Below are positions 21,412-32,079 of a stretch of DNA of 63,743 bases, one piece after another (position 1 is the first letter of the stretch; each line of letters begins with the position of its first letter). Both the position numbers and the translations under genes were made by a program. The notes below the pieces were generated by a model. The model saw nothing but the letters and a program-made list of their open reading frames with translations, did no database searches and was not told where the DNA came from. This DNA is from Bacteroidales bacterium (GTDB lineage Bacteria > Bacteroidota > Bacteroidia > Bacteroidales > VadinHA17), in assembly GCA_038247205.1 (NCBI GenBank), contig JBBRVC010000002.1, forward strand, positions 1-63,743, in the 5' to 3' direction.

Positions 21412-21527
21412 TTAAACAAATTTTAATATAATGAAACTCACATGATTGCTCACAATCACAAATACGATAAAAATATAAATTTCAATCATGTGCGGTTCCA
21501 TCGTACCATTAAAATAAAAATTTTATT

Positions 21528-22811
21528 ATGATGAAAAGAGACACCATTATTTTCGACCTTATTGAGAAGGAGCATCAGCGCCAGCTTAACGGAATCGAGC
21601 TTATAGCTTCGGAAAACTTTGTAAGTCCTCAGGTTCTTGAAGCCATGGGATCAGTAATGACAAATAAATACGCCGAAGGTTATCCGGGCGCACGTTATTA
21701 TGGGGGTTGTGAGGTGGTTGATGAGTCGGAGCAGATAGCTATTGACCGTCTGAAACAGCTTTTTAATGCCGATTACGCAAATGTTCAGCCACATTCCGGT
21801 GCACAGGCGAATATGGCTGTTTTTATGTCAGTTTTAAAGCCTGGTGATACATTTATGGGACTTAATCTAGCACATGGGGGGCATCTTTCTCATGGGTCTC
21901 CTGTTAATTCATCCGGACTCTTCTATAAACCTGTTGCATACAGTGTAAAGGAAGAAACAGGGATAGTTGACTATGATATGATGGAGAAAATAGCTTTAAA
22001 GGAAAAGCCAAAGATGATCATTGGAGGTGCTTCTGCATATTCCCGTGATTGGGACTACGGCCGAATGCGCAGAATCGCCGATATGATAAATGCAATGCTG
22101 GTTGTGGATATGGCTCATCCGGCAGGGCTAATCGCTGCAGGTTTACTGAATAACCCTCTTAAACATGCTCACATTGTTACCTCTACAACACACAAGACCC
22201 TTCGGGGACCAAGAGGAGGTATAATTTTGATGGGGAAGGATTTTATTAATCCCTGGGGTATTACAACCCCGAAGGGAGAGATCAGAATGATGTCTTCTTT
22301 ACTTAATTCAGCAGTATTTCCGGGCATACAGGGTGGTCCGCTTGAGCACGTTATTGCTTCAAAAGCTGTTTCCTTTGGCGAAGCACTTGATCCTAAGTTC
22401 AAAGAGTACCAGATTATGGTTAAAAAGAATGCATCGGAAATGGCTAAATCCTTCATGAACAAGGGATATAAAGTAATTTCTGATGGAACTGAAAATCATC
22501 TGATGTTAATAGATCTGAGAACAAAGTTTCCTGATATTACCGGAAAAAAAGTTGAAAACACTCTTGTAAGGGCGCATATTACAGTTAATAAGAATATGGT
22601 TCCTTTCGATAGTCGTTCACCGTTCCTGACTTCCGGACTAAGAGTGGGAACACCTGCGGTTACAACACGTGGAATGAACGAAGAACACATGAGTTTGATA
22701 GTTGACCTTATTGATGAGGTTATATCAGACATAGAGAATGAATCCGTTATAATAAGTGTTGGTCAGAGAGTTGAAAAACTAATGAAATCATTTCCTCTGT
22801 TTAGCATGTAA
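21528..22811 (+). CDS. glyA: serine hydroxymethyltransferase
   Basis: [21 protein letters not shown], and [14 protein letters not shown] containing the PLP lysine. Confidence 0.95.
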   Translation: MMKRDTIIFDLIEKEHQRQLNGIELIASENFVSPQVLEAMGSVMTNKYAEGYPGARYYGGCEVVDESEQIAIDRLKQLFNADYANVQPHSGAQANMAVFMSVLKPGDTFMGLNLAHGGHLSHGSPVNSSGLFYKPVAYSVKEETGIVDYDMMEKIALKEKPKMIIGGASAYSRDWDYGRMRRIADMINAMLVVDMAHPAGLIAAGLLNNPLKHAHIVTSTTHKTLRGPRGGIILMGKDFINPWGITTPKGEIRMMSSLLNSAVFPGIQGGPLEHVIASKAVSFGEALDPKFKEYQIMVKKNASEMAKSFMNKGYKVISDGTENHLMLIDLRTKFPDITGKKVENTLVRAHITVNKNMVPFDSRSPFLTSGLRVGTPAVTTRGMNEEHMSLIVDLIDEVISDIENESVIISVGQRVEKLMKSFPLFSM

Positions 22812-22971
22812 TTGTGATTTTATCGCAGAGCCCTTCGGGGTTCACTCCGCTGGAGAGAACACATCAGAAGTTAAAGTTTTAGGAAGTTCAAAGAATAGGA
22901 GTATTTATTTTAATTAGACAGTTAGGAAAATTATTATAACTTTACTAGGATAGTATAACAACTCTTTCGCT

Positions 22972-23355
22972 ATGAATGAAAAGAAGTTAATTTTTGTCGT
23001 AGATGACGATCCTCTTATTAATACACTTGTTGTTAAGAGGTTTACTGCAGCAGGGTATAACCTTGAAGCCTTTGTATATGGAGAAGACTGTCTGAAAGAG
23101 TTAAACAAAAATCCGGATCTTATCATTCTTGACTACTTTTTCATTAACAAAAATGCTGAAGTAATGAATGGCATGGAGGTTTTTGAAAAAATCAAAAAAG
23201 TTAAACCTAAATTGCCTGTAATTATGTTGTCTGCACAGGAAAAAGGGGAAATAGTACTGGAACTTGCACGTAAAGGTATAGATGACTACATCATAAAGGA
23301 TCACAACCTTATTGATAATCTGAATATTGCAATAAAAGAGATCTTTGAGAGATAA
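22972..23355 (+). CDS. stand-alone response-regulator receiver domain (CheY-like)
   Basis: VVDDD acidic pocket, ILDYFF phospho-acceptor Asp context, MLSAQ and a conserved Lys (IIKD). No output domain. Confidence 0.8.
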   Translation: MNEKKLIFVVDDDPLINTLVVKRFTAAGYNLEAFVYGEDCLKELNKNPDLIILDYFFINKNAEVMNGMEVFEKIKKVKPKLPVIMLSAQEKGEIVLELARKGIDDYIIKDHNLIDNLNIAIKEIFER

Positions 23356-23359
23356 CTTT

Positions 23360-24250
23360 TTATTTGAGAATAAAATTGTAGGTTATTGTACCTTTTTGAA
23401 TAACAGGAGCATCCGGCTTGGTATCGAACCTTGCCTGTAGTGCGGCTTCTTTTGCAACTCTCAGTAAATAGTCATCGAGTGTAGTTGATCCTTTTATACC
23501 TGGAACTGCCTGTATTACTTTTCCTGACCTGTCGACGATAACTTCAACAACAACCCTACCTTCACCCTGGTAATCATACTTTGGAGATGGCAATGCCTGA
23601 AACCCACGTCCCTGTAACTCATATGCTATTCCTTTGTCTCCGAGTCCCGAACCTTCGCCTCGGACAGTAGAATTTACTGATCCGGTAGCAGAGCCCTGGT
23701 TACCATCGCCTCCGGTAATACCCTCACTTGTTGATGAGGTACCTGCGTTTTTGGAGTTTGCGAGGGCGTTTTTAGTTCTGTTAATTATATCAGTCTGCCG
23801 TTGTTGCTCTGCAAGTACCCTTTTTCGTTCAATCTCTTCTTCCTGCTTGCGTATTCTTTCAGCCTCGAGTTCAGCTCTTAGTTTTTTATCGGCTTCAATT
23901 TTTTCTAGTTTTCTCTTTTCAGCCTCCGGGTCCACTTTCTTTACTTCAGGTGCTTCCTCAGTATTTTGAGTAAGGAGTGGCTCTTCTTCAGTGATTTCTT
24001 CAGCCTGACTGGTTGACGGTACTGACTGAGCCTTTTGAGCGGGTTCGGAGGGCTCTATCAATCCTGATCCGGTGTCATCCGTACCGAAATTGACAATTAT
24101 GCCTTCTTCAACTTCAGGAGGGGGAGGAACAGAAAAACTCACAAGGATCAACAGAAGGAATAATACTACATGATAAATGATTGTTCCAACAAGACCTTTA
24201 CCTCTTTCAGAAGGAAGCTTGTGCAGATCGTTATTTGGGAGTCGTTGCAA
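23360..24250 (-). CDS. tonB: TonB-family energy transducer
   Basis: N-terminal TM anchor, a Pro/Glu/Lys-rich spacer, and a TonB_C-like end (GRVVVEVIVDRSGKV...GTITYNFILK). Follows exbB-exbD. Confidence 0.7.
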   Translation of the reverse strand: MQRLPNNDLHKLPSERGKGLVGTIIYHVVLFLLLILVSFSVPPPPEVEEGIIVNFGTDDTGSGLIEPSEPAQKAQSVPSTSQAEEITEEEPLLTQNTEEAPEVKKVDPEAEKRKLEKIEADKKLRAELEAERIRKQEEEIERKRVLAEQQRQTDIINRTKNALANSKNAGTSSTSEGITGGDGNQGSATGSVNSTVRGEGSGLGDKGIAYELQGRGFQALPSPKYDYQGEGRVVVEVIVDRSGKVIQAVPGIKGSTTLDDYLLRVAKEAALQARFDTKPDAPVIQKGTITYNFILK

Positions 24251-24623
24251 TTATCAGTTTATAATTATTTGTTTGGGCAATATTCATTACTCTGACCGCA
24301 TTTTCAAACGGGACACTTTTATCAACATGCAATGATATGTATGTATCCGGATTACTTCCGAGTTTTTGTTTCAGAACAGTTTCGAGATCATCAATGCTGA
24401 CCGGTTGAGTCTCAACAAAATATTGCAGATCACGTGTTATGGAAACAGTTGTCTGAGGTTTAGCTGAAGTTTGTGTACTCCCTTTAGGAAGAAGTAATTT
24501 CAAAGCAGTAGGATGAACCATGGTAGACGTTAACATAAAAAAGATGAGAAGGTTAAAGACTACATCCGTCATCCCGGTTGAACTAAAGTTTATACTAATT
24601 TTATTTCTTTGGGATAGTGCCAT
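24231..24623 (-). CDS. exbD: biopolymer transport protein ExbD/TolR
   Basis: 130 aa with the MTDVVFNLLIFFM TM segment and the ExbD periplasmic pattern. Confidence 0.8.
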   Translation of the reverse strand: MALSQRNKISINFSSTGMTDVVFNLLIFFMLTSTMVHPTALKLLLPKGSTQTSAKPQTTVSITRDLQYFVETQPVSIDDLETVLKQKLGSNPDTYISLHVDKSVPFENAVRVMNIAQTNNYKLIIATTPK

Positions 24624-24624
24624 C

Positions 24625-25317
24625 TTACCGTTCAGTTTTTACTGGTTCATTCAAAATATCCATAAATTCCGTAAGTGTTGCCTCGAGGTTAAAGACAACT
24701 TTTTCCACCCTGACAACCAAGGAATTGTATGCAAAATAACCAAGAATTCCAACAATTAATCCGGCAACAGTTGTAATAAGAGCTGTATAAATACCATCAG
24801 ACATCATTGATACTTCAATATTATTACCTGCAAGTGACATTGCATAGAATGATTGCACCATTCCGATAACAGTTCCAAGAAATCCAAGCATAGGTTCAGC
24901 GCCGGTTATTGTCGCCAGAGTTGGGAAACCTTTTTCAAGTTTTGAAATCTCGAGCTTGCCGACGTTTTCAATTGCTGTACTTATATCGTGTAATGGCCTT
25001 CCTAGGCGATTTATTCCTTTTTCAACCATTCTTGCCGATGGTGAATCAGTATTTTTACACAAAGCCATTGCAGAATCAATTTTGCCATCATGGATATAAT
25101 CTTTTATCCTGTTCATGAAATTCTGATCTTCCTGGGTAGCTTTCCTTATTACATAGAATCTTTCGATAAATATATAGGCGGCCACAAATGAAAGCAAAAG
25201 AATGGGGATCATTACCCAACCTCCTTTTACAGCCAGATCAAGTAGTGTTAGTTTTGCCATACCAACATTTTCAACAGGCAGAGATACATCCTGGAACATC
25301 GACATTATGAATACCAT
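24625..25317 (-). CDS. exbB: MotA/TolQ/ExbB proton channel
   Basis: Three TM segments and the conserved C-terminal block GFLGTVIGM...AL.TT..GL.VGI. Confidence 0.85.
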   Translation of the reverse strand: MVFIMSMFQDVSLPVENVGMAKLTLLDLAVKGGWVMIPILLLSFVAAYIFIERFYVIRKATQEDQNFMNRIKDYIHDGKIDSAMALCKNTDSPSARMVEKGINRLGRPLHDISTAIENVGKLEISKLEKGFPTLATITGAEPMLGFLGTVIGMVQSFYAMSLAGNNIEVSMMSDGIYTALITTVAGLIVGILGYFAYNSLVVRVEKVVFNLEATLTEFMDILNEPVKTER

Positions 25318-25473
25318 ACTTTATTTATTAATTTATTGTAAATACTGTTATTTTTCAATGTATCGGCTATTAAGCGCGAAGTTATTAAAAAACGCAAAGC
25401 TAACATGTTATATTATGTATGAATTACTAAGAATGACGTAATATTTATTAACTATTTTAATTTGAAATCAACT

Positions 25474-28400
25474 TCAACGTTTTTCTACAACCGGGATTTC
25501 TTCCTTTTTCATTTCCGATTTACTTTTTCTACGAAAAAGATCTGAGAATCTGGAAAATTCCTGTTGGTAAAAAAGTCCAATCCCCTGGGTATAATCTGCT
25601 TGTTTCCCGGTATAAGGGTTATTGTATCTGTTAAAAACTTTAAACCTGATTTTTTCGGTAATCTTAACCTCTGCATCAAAATCACCGGATATCTGGTTCG
25701 TTGCACTATTCTGATTTCCGCTACTTCCCGTTCCCCTGAAATTTATGAGAACTTTATCATTTAATAACTGGGTTGATAATGCTACTTCCAGTTCCTGTGA
25801 GTTTACATTTTTATCACCTGGTCTGTAAACAAATCCAAGATCAACATCGCCGCTTATCTGTGATAACCAGTTACTTATCTGGTTTGAAAGCATTTCGGTG
25901 GTCGTAACTGCCATCGCAGAAGAGCCTGAAGTTGAAGTATAAGTTGCAAGAAAACTATTCATAACCAGAAGGTAAAAAAACTGCCGGTTAAGTTCCTCCT
26001 CCGTTGTTATTTTACTCTTAAGGTATGACTTTGTTGCTTCATCAGCGTTGGGTAATTCTATGGCAAGTTTAACAACCGGATTGAAAAGTTTTCCCGTAAG
26101 ATTTAATTGAATTTCAACGTTTGTTCTTTCTTTATATTTTTCATCCTGATCGAGGATTTGAAATAAAGAAGTAGTAAGCCCATACTTCGCAATAATATCT
26201 ATTTCAGCATTATCTATATCGCCGTTAAATGTGATTCGTCCCCCGTTCTCCACATCAAATGATTTATTAAGTATGTTTCCTAGTGTGAAGAGGTAATCGC
26301 CCTTTTCAATAATATAATCTCCGGAGATTTTAAAATTGCCCTGTTTATCAAGATTAATATTGAGATCGCCTGAGCCGGTACCAGTCATTTCATCGCCGAC
26401 TTTTGCGTCAAAAATAAGTTTTACTTCTGCATCAGGTGTTACCTCAAGATCAAAATTCAAGTCCATCCCTGTAGGTTTTGTCTCTGCGACAATATTCATA
26501 ACTGCATTCTTTAAAGAATCGGGATCGATAAAGGAAATAAACGAGTATTCTGATACAGACAGACCTGAGGTAAGCGGGATAAAAAATTTGGTGTTTTTAT
26601 CTGTACGGGCTGATATATCGAAACCTATTGTTTTCTCGTCTATCTTGATGGTAGTCACACCCGTGGCATAGGCCGTACCATAGAATAATTCATTGTCTTT
26701 TGGTTTTGTATTGAGAACCTGAAACTGGTTGGTATTTACTACAAGATCAGTACTGTAGTTTTTAAAATTTTTATGGTAAACATACCCATTAAGGGTAGCA
26801 TTATTCCCTCTTTGATCAGTAAGTTTGACTGTGTTGAATTTTATCCCATTTTTATCAAAGCGGACTGTATCATTAAGAATATACACCGATTGCAGGTAGT
26901 CGATTTTTAATGAAGCATTCTGAGCCATAACAGCACCATTAAGGGTCAAACTATTCATTCCTCCGGATAATTTTACTTTTCCTGAAACCGATCCTGAAAT
27001 GTCCGATGCGAATATTTTTAGTAGTGGATTGAGAGCACCAATTGGTAATTTATCAGCCAGCAGATCAATGTTAATTTTCTTTGAAGCAGGATCATAATGG
27101 CCCTTTATATCAAACAATTTCTTTCCGTTCAGATTGTTGCCCGCATCTATATTGACAACTCTTTTTAGTGCATCCCATGCCGAAACTATAGAAATATTTC
27201 CGTAATTATTATTTAGAATTGAAAAACTGTCTACTCTCAAATTTGTCTCCAGAAGAAGGTTTTTATAGATGTCTGTGAGAAAAATATTCCCGTTGAGTGT
27301 GCCTCTCAAATTAAGAGGTATCGTGGGTGCTTTACTTCCATCCTTCTTACTGACATAATTAAGAGGAGAAATATCTATTCCTTTGAATCTAAGGCGTAAA
27401 GTATCTGAGGGATTTTCTGAAATTGCACCGTCAACCTGATAATAGCGTTCATTACTAATGATATTAATTCTATTGATCTTAATCGAATTTGAATCGACTA
27501 TCACATCCGATTGCTTAATCTTCCATAGGTTATTTTTCACATATATATCAGAGGAATCAATATTTACACTGAGGATCGGATTCCCCTGTCCGTTTACAGG
27601 GCGGGAAAAGTTACCAATTGCTGCAAACCGGCCTTTGTTCAGAATTTCCTCTTTGTTATCCCAGTTAACTGAAAAATCGAAGTGGTCGGGTTTGGCATCA
27701 AAATTTACCGAAAAATCCTTAAGGTCGGTTTGTCCCATAAAAGTAATGGAAGATGTAGTTACATCCGCAGAAAATTCATTGCCTGTTATAAGTGCATCAA
27801 GGTTTAAATCGTGTAATATATTGTTTTTAAACTCGAAAGATTTTGCATACCCTGTTATTCTGATAATACTATCGGTCGATATTATGCCACTCAAATAACT
27901 CTTCTCAGAAAAATGCAAGCCGGTTCTGAAGAAATTATTGATCTTTTCTGTGTTTTTGAAGTTTACGGAAAAGGTAAAGTTATTGTTGCCGGGAATAGCC
28001 TGTTTTTCTGTTTCTCTGGTTTTTGAAGGCATAAAACGGGCAAATGTGGATTTAAACAATTCACCCAGTCCTGAAAAACTATAATATCCTTTCAGATCGG
28101 CATCGGCAAAGTCGGTCCTGAGGCTTATAACAGGTTTTCTATTCTCGGTATACGTTCTGATGGAAAAATCGTCAAGATCAAGGTCGGTACCATATTTTCT
28201 TATTTTTGAATTCAATACTCTTATCTCACCATCAAGATTATCAATGCTGTTACCACTGAAATTTGATGTCAGCAAAAGGGTTAATGAAGAAGTTGTGTCT
28301 TTTGTATCGAAATTCAGTTTATGAAGGTTAGCTTCATTAAGGTTCAGTGTAAAATCAAATTCAGGAAGGTCCCCACTGAAGTTGAACATTCCCATTAGGT

Positions 28401-29910
28401 CCATTGTAATATTTTCGTCTACAATGTTGACATTGCCATCCCATGTTTTTTCAGTGAAGAAGCCTTTTAGTTCTATATCCCGGTATGTGTATCTGTTGAT
28501 CTCGACACTGTCAATTTCACCGGTTAGACTGGCCGCAAACTTTTCAAGTGATGATGCATACCCGTCGATATTGGCTTTCATGCTCAGCCTGCCAAGTAAT
28601 TTAGTATTACCAGATACCCTGCCAAGGTCTATGTTGCTTCCAGTGATAAGTCCCTTGATCCTGTACCTGTCTGCCTCAGGTCGTAACGATATATCAGTCC
28701 GGATATTTCCAAGGTCTGTTGTGATATCTCCATAAGTAACAAAATCGGTCGTAAATCCTGTAAAACTGCCGTCGAAAGCTACATTTCCTAACCTGTACAA
28801 AAACTCTGGTACCTTGATTTTGCCTTTACCGGGCATTTCAAAATATCCAATATCCTTTGCATTGGTAGTCAGGCTGTTAATTCCAAGGTACATGAATGTA
28901 TTTTCAATATTTGGCAATCCGGAAAAATCAAAATCACAATCCAGTCTGGTATTTTCCCTGTATGCAAGGTTGATATTACGGCCTCTTAGTTCTGAGATTG
29001 TACCAAAAATTCTTCCTGTTAACCAGATAGTCTCACTTGTATTATTCGCAAAAGGAATGAAATACTTCAGATCCGAGGTATTGATTAAGGATTCTTCAAA
29101 TTCAACATCAAGTCTGACCTCTTCGCTAAAATTTTGAAATGAGTTTATTGAATCAGGACGGATCTCCAGTTTGCTGAGATTCAGGATGCTGCTGTCAGCA
29201 TTAATGTAAATTGTCTTGAGCAGGATGTTTTGATTTGTAAATGTTACAGCACTGTTTAGTTTTTTTATCCGAAATCCACTATCCTCGGCTAATCCAAGAT
29301 TATAAACGTCAAAAGACGTTGTATCATCCGCTACTTTGAAATTCTCAATAATTCCGTTTATTGCTGAAAATTTAAGATTATTGAAATCAATACCGGATTT
29401 ACTCTCCTTCTTACTTTGATTCACCATTGAGAATCGGGCATTGCTTATTTCGATTTGGTTGATAATAAAAGAGCTTCTTGAATCTTTTGTGGTATCGCCG
29501 GGTGATATTAGCATATCAAGGTACCAGGTAAGATTCATTTTGCCCGCTGAATCGGTAACAAATGAAATCACAGGATCAATGAGACTTACTTTTCCCAGTC
29601 TGTAGGATTTTGCTTTCAGGTTTATTCGTCTTATGGATATGCGTAATTCCCTGGAATAAATGAGTGTATCCCTATGCTGGTCTTCTATTAGCAAGTCGCT
29701 TATATTAAGCCTGTTAAAGAAAACGTATTCAATCCTCCCTATTGAAATTTTGGATTGTATCTCATGCGACAGATGGTTTGTAATTCTCTTTACTGCGAAG
29801 GTCTGCACTTCAGGGATTCGAAGAATGAGATAAAGCAGTGTAGGAAGGGTAATGATTATCCCGATCAATATTATGAAATATTTTAATGATTTTTTAATAT
29901 TTTTGTCCAT
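25474..29910 (-). CDS. tamB: translocation and assembly module protein TamB-like (DUF490 C-terminus)
   Basis: About 1480 aa with an N-terminal TM anchor (YFIILIGIIITLPTLLYLIL), long beta-rich repeats and a DUF490-like C-terminal region. I prefer the Met at 29910 (MDKNIKK) over the track start at 29937. Confidence 0.7.
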   Translation of the reverse strand: MDKNIKKSLKYFIILIGIIITLPTLLYLILRIPEVQTFAVKRITNHLSHEIQSKISIGRIEYVFFNRLNISDLLIEDQHRDTLIYSRELRISIRRINLKAKSYRLGKVSLIDPVISFVTDSAGKMNLTWYLDMLISPGDTTKDSRSSFIINQIEISNARFSMVNQSKKESKSGIDFNNLKFSAINGIIENFKVADDTTSFDVYNLGLAEDSGFRIKKLNSAVTFTNQNILLKTIYINADSSILNLSKLEIRPDSINSFQNFSEEVRLDVEFEESLINTSDLKYFIPFANNTSETIWLTGRIFGTISELRGRNINLAYRENTRLDCDFDFSGLPNIENTFMYLGINSLTTNAKDIGYFEMPGKGKIKVPEFLYRLGNVAFDGSFTGFTTDFVTYGDITTDLGNIRTDISLRPEADRYRIKGLITGSNIDLGRVSGNTKLLGRLSMKANIDGYASSLEKFAASLTGEIDSVEINRYTYRDIELKGFFTEKTWDGNVNIVDENITMDLMGMFNFSGDLPEFDFTLNLNEANLHKLNFDTKDTTSSLTLLLTSNFSGNSIDNLDGEIRVLNSKIRKYGTDLDLDDFSIRTYTENRKPVISLRTDFADADLKGYYSFSGLGELFKSTFARFMPSKTRETEKQAIPGNNNFTFSVNFKNTEKINNFFRTGLHFSEKSYLSGIISTDSIIRITGYAKSFEFKNNILHDLNLDALITGNEFSADVTTSSITFMGQTDLKDFSVNFDAKPDHFDFSVNWDNKEEILNKGRFAAIGNFSRPVNGQGNPILSVNIDSSDIYVKNNLWKIKQSDVIVDSNSIKINRINIISNERYYQVDGAISENPSDTLRLRFKGIDISPLNYVSKKDGSKAPTIPLNLRGTLNGNIFLTDIYKNLLLETNLRVDSFSILNNNYGNISIVSAWDALKRVVNIDAGNNLNGKKLFDIKGHYDPASKKINIDLLADKLPIGALNPLLKIFASDISGSVSGKVKLSGGMNSLTLNGAVMAQNASLKIDYLQSVYILNDTVRFDKNGIKFNTVKLTDQRGNNATLNGYVYHKNFKNYSTDLVVNTNQFQVLNTKPKDNELFYGTAYATGVTTIKIDEKTIGFDISARTDKNTKFFIPLTSGLSVSEYSFISFIDPDSLKNAVMNIVAETKPTGMDLNFDLEVTPDAEVKLIFDAKVGDEMTGTGSGDLNINLDKQGNFKISGDYIIEKGDYLFTLGNILNKSFDVENGGRITFNGDIDNAEIDIIAKYGLTTSLFQILDQDEKYKERTNVEIQLNLTGKLFNPVVKLAIELPNADEATKSYLKSKITTEEELNRQFFYLLVMNSFLATYTSTSGSSAMAVTTTEMLSNQISNWLSQISGDVDLGFVYRPGDKNVNSQELEVALSTQLLNDKVLINFRGTGSSGNQNSATNQISGDFDAEVKITEKIRFKVFNRYNNPYTGKQADYTQGIGLFYQQEFSRFSDLFRRKSKSEMKKEEIPVVEKR

Positions 29911-29983
29911 TGAATGCGGGTAAAAAACAATTATCAAAATAACCTAAAATATACCAAAAATCAAAGCACTAAACACTCTCACA

Positions 29984-30988
29984 ATATTAGCAATTGAATC
30001 ATCCTGCGATGATACCTCAGTAGCCGTAATCCGGGATGGTTATGTACTTTCTAACCTGATAGCCAACCAGGATATTCACAGAACCTATGGCGGGGTTGTC
30101 CCCGAGCTTGCCTCCAGGGCTCATCAGGCAAATATTGTACCAGTAACTGATCTTGCGATAAAAAAAGCGGATATTAAAATTGATGAAATTCAGGCAGTAG
30201 CTTTTACCAGGGGGCCGGGTCTTCTTGGATCTTTGCTTGTGGGAACATCATTTGCCAAAGGTTTTGCGCTTGCTCAGAATATACCCCTTATTGAAGTTAA
30301 CCATCTTCAGGCGCATGTTCTGGCACACTTTATAAATGAAAAAGATAAGGAAAAGCGCTTGCCTTCTTTTCCGTTTCTATGTCTGCTCGTTTCAGGCGGA
30401 CATACCAGGATTATAGTGATGAAGAGTCACCTGGAATGGGAGATAATTGGGAATACGATTGATGATGCTGCAGGGGAAGCGTTCGATAAATGTGGTAAAG
30501 TGATGGGTCTGCCTTATCCTGCGGGGCCTGTAATTGATAAAATGGCTTCTTTAGGTAACAAAAAAGCTTTTAATTTTCCAAAACCACAGGTACGTGGACT
30601 TGATTTCAGTTTCAGTGGTTTGAAAACCAGCTTTTTATATTTTCTGAGAGATCAATTAAAAATTGATCCGGGTTTTATTGAAAGTAATAAACTTGATCTT
30701 TGTGCTTCACTTCAGCATGTGATTATTAATATTCTAACCGGTAAACTCATTAAAGCTTCAATTGAGACCGGTATAAGGGAAATAGGAATAGCAGGAGGCG
30801 TTTCGGCAAATTCGGGTTTAAGAAATGCAATGTCTGAGGAAGCTATAAAAAGGGGCTGGAACCTTTTTATTCCTCCTTTTAGCTATACTACAGATAATGC
30901 AGCCATGATAGGGATTGCAGGTTACTATAAATATCTGAGAGGAGAATTCTCAGATCAGAGCGTTTCACCGCTGGCCAGATTAGATTAA
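29984..30988 (+). CDS. tsaD: tRNA N6-adenosine threonylcarbamoyltransferase TsaD; start codon non-canonical or uncertain
   Basis: Manual translation upstream of the track start gives ILAIESSCDDTSVAVIRDG...GGVVPELASRAHQ..., continuing into LLVGTSFAKG, EVNHLQAH and SGGHT. No ATG, GTG or TTG lies in frame between the stop at 29945 and 30233. Confidence 0.85.
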   Translation: MLAIESSCDDTSVAVIRDGYVLSNLIANQDIHRTYGGVVPELASRAHQANIVPVTDLAIKKADIKIDEIQAVAFTRGPGLLGSLLVGTSFAKGFALAQNIPLIEVNHLQAHVLAHFINEKDKEKRLPSFPFLCLLVSGGHTRIIVMKSHLEWEIIGNTIDDAAGEAFDKCGKVMGLPYPAGPVIDKMASLGNKKAFNFPKPQVRGLDFSFSGLKTSFLYFLRDQLKIDPGFIESNKLDLCASLQHVIINILTGKLIKASIETGIREIGIAGGVSANSGLRNAMSEEAIKRGWNLFIPPFSYTTDNAAMIGIAGYYKYLRGEFSDQSVSPLARLD

Positions 30989-31040
30989 ACAATAGTAGTT
31001 TGTAAGGTAAATTTTTTTAATTTCAGCAAATTTTTTATTA

Positions 31041-31412
31041 ATGAAGGAACTGAAGTTTTCACCCACAAAGAACTCACCGGAGATACTGCTTAGCCCCGAT
31101 GGAATAATAAAGATCAGTGGGCGGTCAATTCATGAAAATGTTGCTGAATTCTATGCTCCGGTAGAGGTATGGGTAAGTGAATATATTGAAACACCAGCAG
31201 ATATAACTTATTGTGATATAAACCTTGAATACTTCAATAGCGCCAGTGCTAAAGTTTTTATCCATCTGCTTCAAAAAATTATTTATGTGACACTTAAGGA
31301 TAAAAAATTTGTTTTCAACTGGTATTATGAAGATGGAGATGAAGATATTCTTGAAAGAGGTGAATACTTTGCTTCAATTCTTGATGTTCCATTCAATTTC
31401 ATAAAAATCTGA
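31041..31412 (+). CDS. DUF1987 / SiaC-like small regulatory protein
   Basis: 123 aa. The N-terminal pattern FSPTKNSPEILLSPDGIIKISGRSIHENV..FY.P and the NWYYE.GDED block are typical of DUF1987. Confidence 0.6.
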   Translation: MKELKFSPTKNSPEILLSPDGIIKISGRSIHENVAEFYAPVEVWVSEYIETPADITYCDINLEYFNSASAKVFIHLLQKIIYVTLKDKKFVFNWYYEDGDEDILERGEYFASILDVPFNFIKI

Positions 31413-31428
31413 TAATTAACAGTTTAAA

Positions 31429-31995
31429 TCATTTACATCCTTTTTTATCGTGTTTTTTTTTGGTCTGATTAAATGCTTTCAGGTATATCAGCGAAATAGA
31501 GAAGAAAGTTACCCCCAGTAATAGGAGGAGAACAAATATGAACACCGATGGTTGCTCTAGACCCGGAATAGGATGTTTAAGCCTGTAGATATACCCAAGT
31601 ATTGTGTAAACAAGCAGGAGCACTGATATTATCAGACTGAAAATAATAGTTGTTCCATCAAATATTCTCGTGGTTTTATAGAATCTGGTTTCCTTAAAAT
31701 GCGCGTATGATGCCCTGGCATAAGCATTTGCCCTTTTATGAGACCTGTCCTGGCGGTATTTCCTCCAGTCTTCCATGGCCTGATTATAAGCTTCGTCGCT
31801 GTGAGCTATCTTGTCAAAATTAGCAAGGAGAAATTCATATGCTTCAGTTGCATTAATGAACATATCCTTAGCTTCAGGCGAATGATTGATATCGGGATGA
31901 TACGTTCGGGCCTTTTTACGATATGCTCTTTTAACATCCTCGATAGAGGAGTCAGATGTTAGACCCAGAACTTCATAATAATCTGACAGTGTCAT
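31429..31995 (-). CDS. J-domain (DnaJ-like) membrane protein
   Basis: DYYEVLGL...YRKKARTYHPD (HPD motif), followed by two C-terminal TM helices. Confidence 0.8.
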   Translation of the reverse strand: MTLSDYYEVLGLTSDSSIEDVKRAYRKKARTYHPDINHSPEAKDMFINATEAYEFLLANFDKIAHSDEAYNQAMEDWRKYRQDRSHKRANAYARASYAHFKETRFYKTTRIFDGTTIIFSLIISVLLLVYTILGYIYRLKHPIPGLEQPSVFIFVLLLLLGVTFFSISLIYLKAFNQTKKKHDKKGCK

Positions 31996-32079
31996 TATTA
32001 TGGAAATTTTGATACAATTAACGAAAAATTATTCGTTTTTCAGGTCTGATCCTTTAATTAGTTAACGAATGAGTTGAGA

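Noticed and set aside
22828-22856. Two tandem small hairpins after glyA (GAGCCC-UUCG-GGGUUC and CUCC-GCU-GGAG), considered as a possible small RNA.
   Set aside because: The stems are short, there is no T-run and I recognise no conserved structure. Most likely this is just a weak terminator or stabilising 3' structure for glyA.
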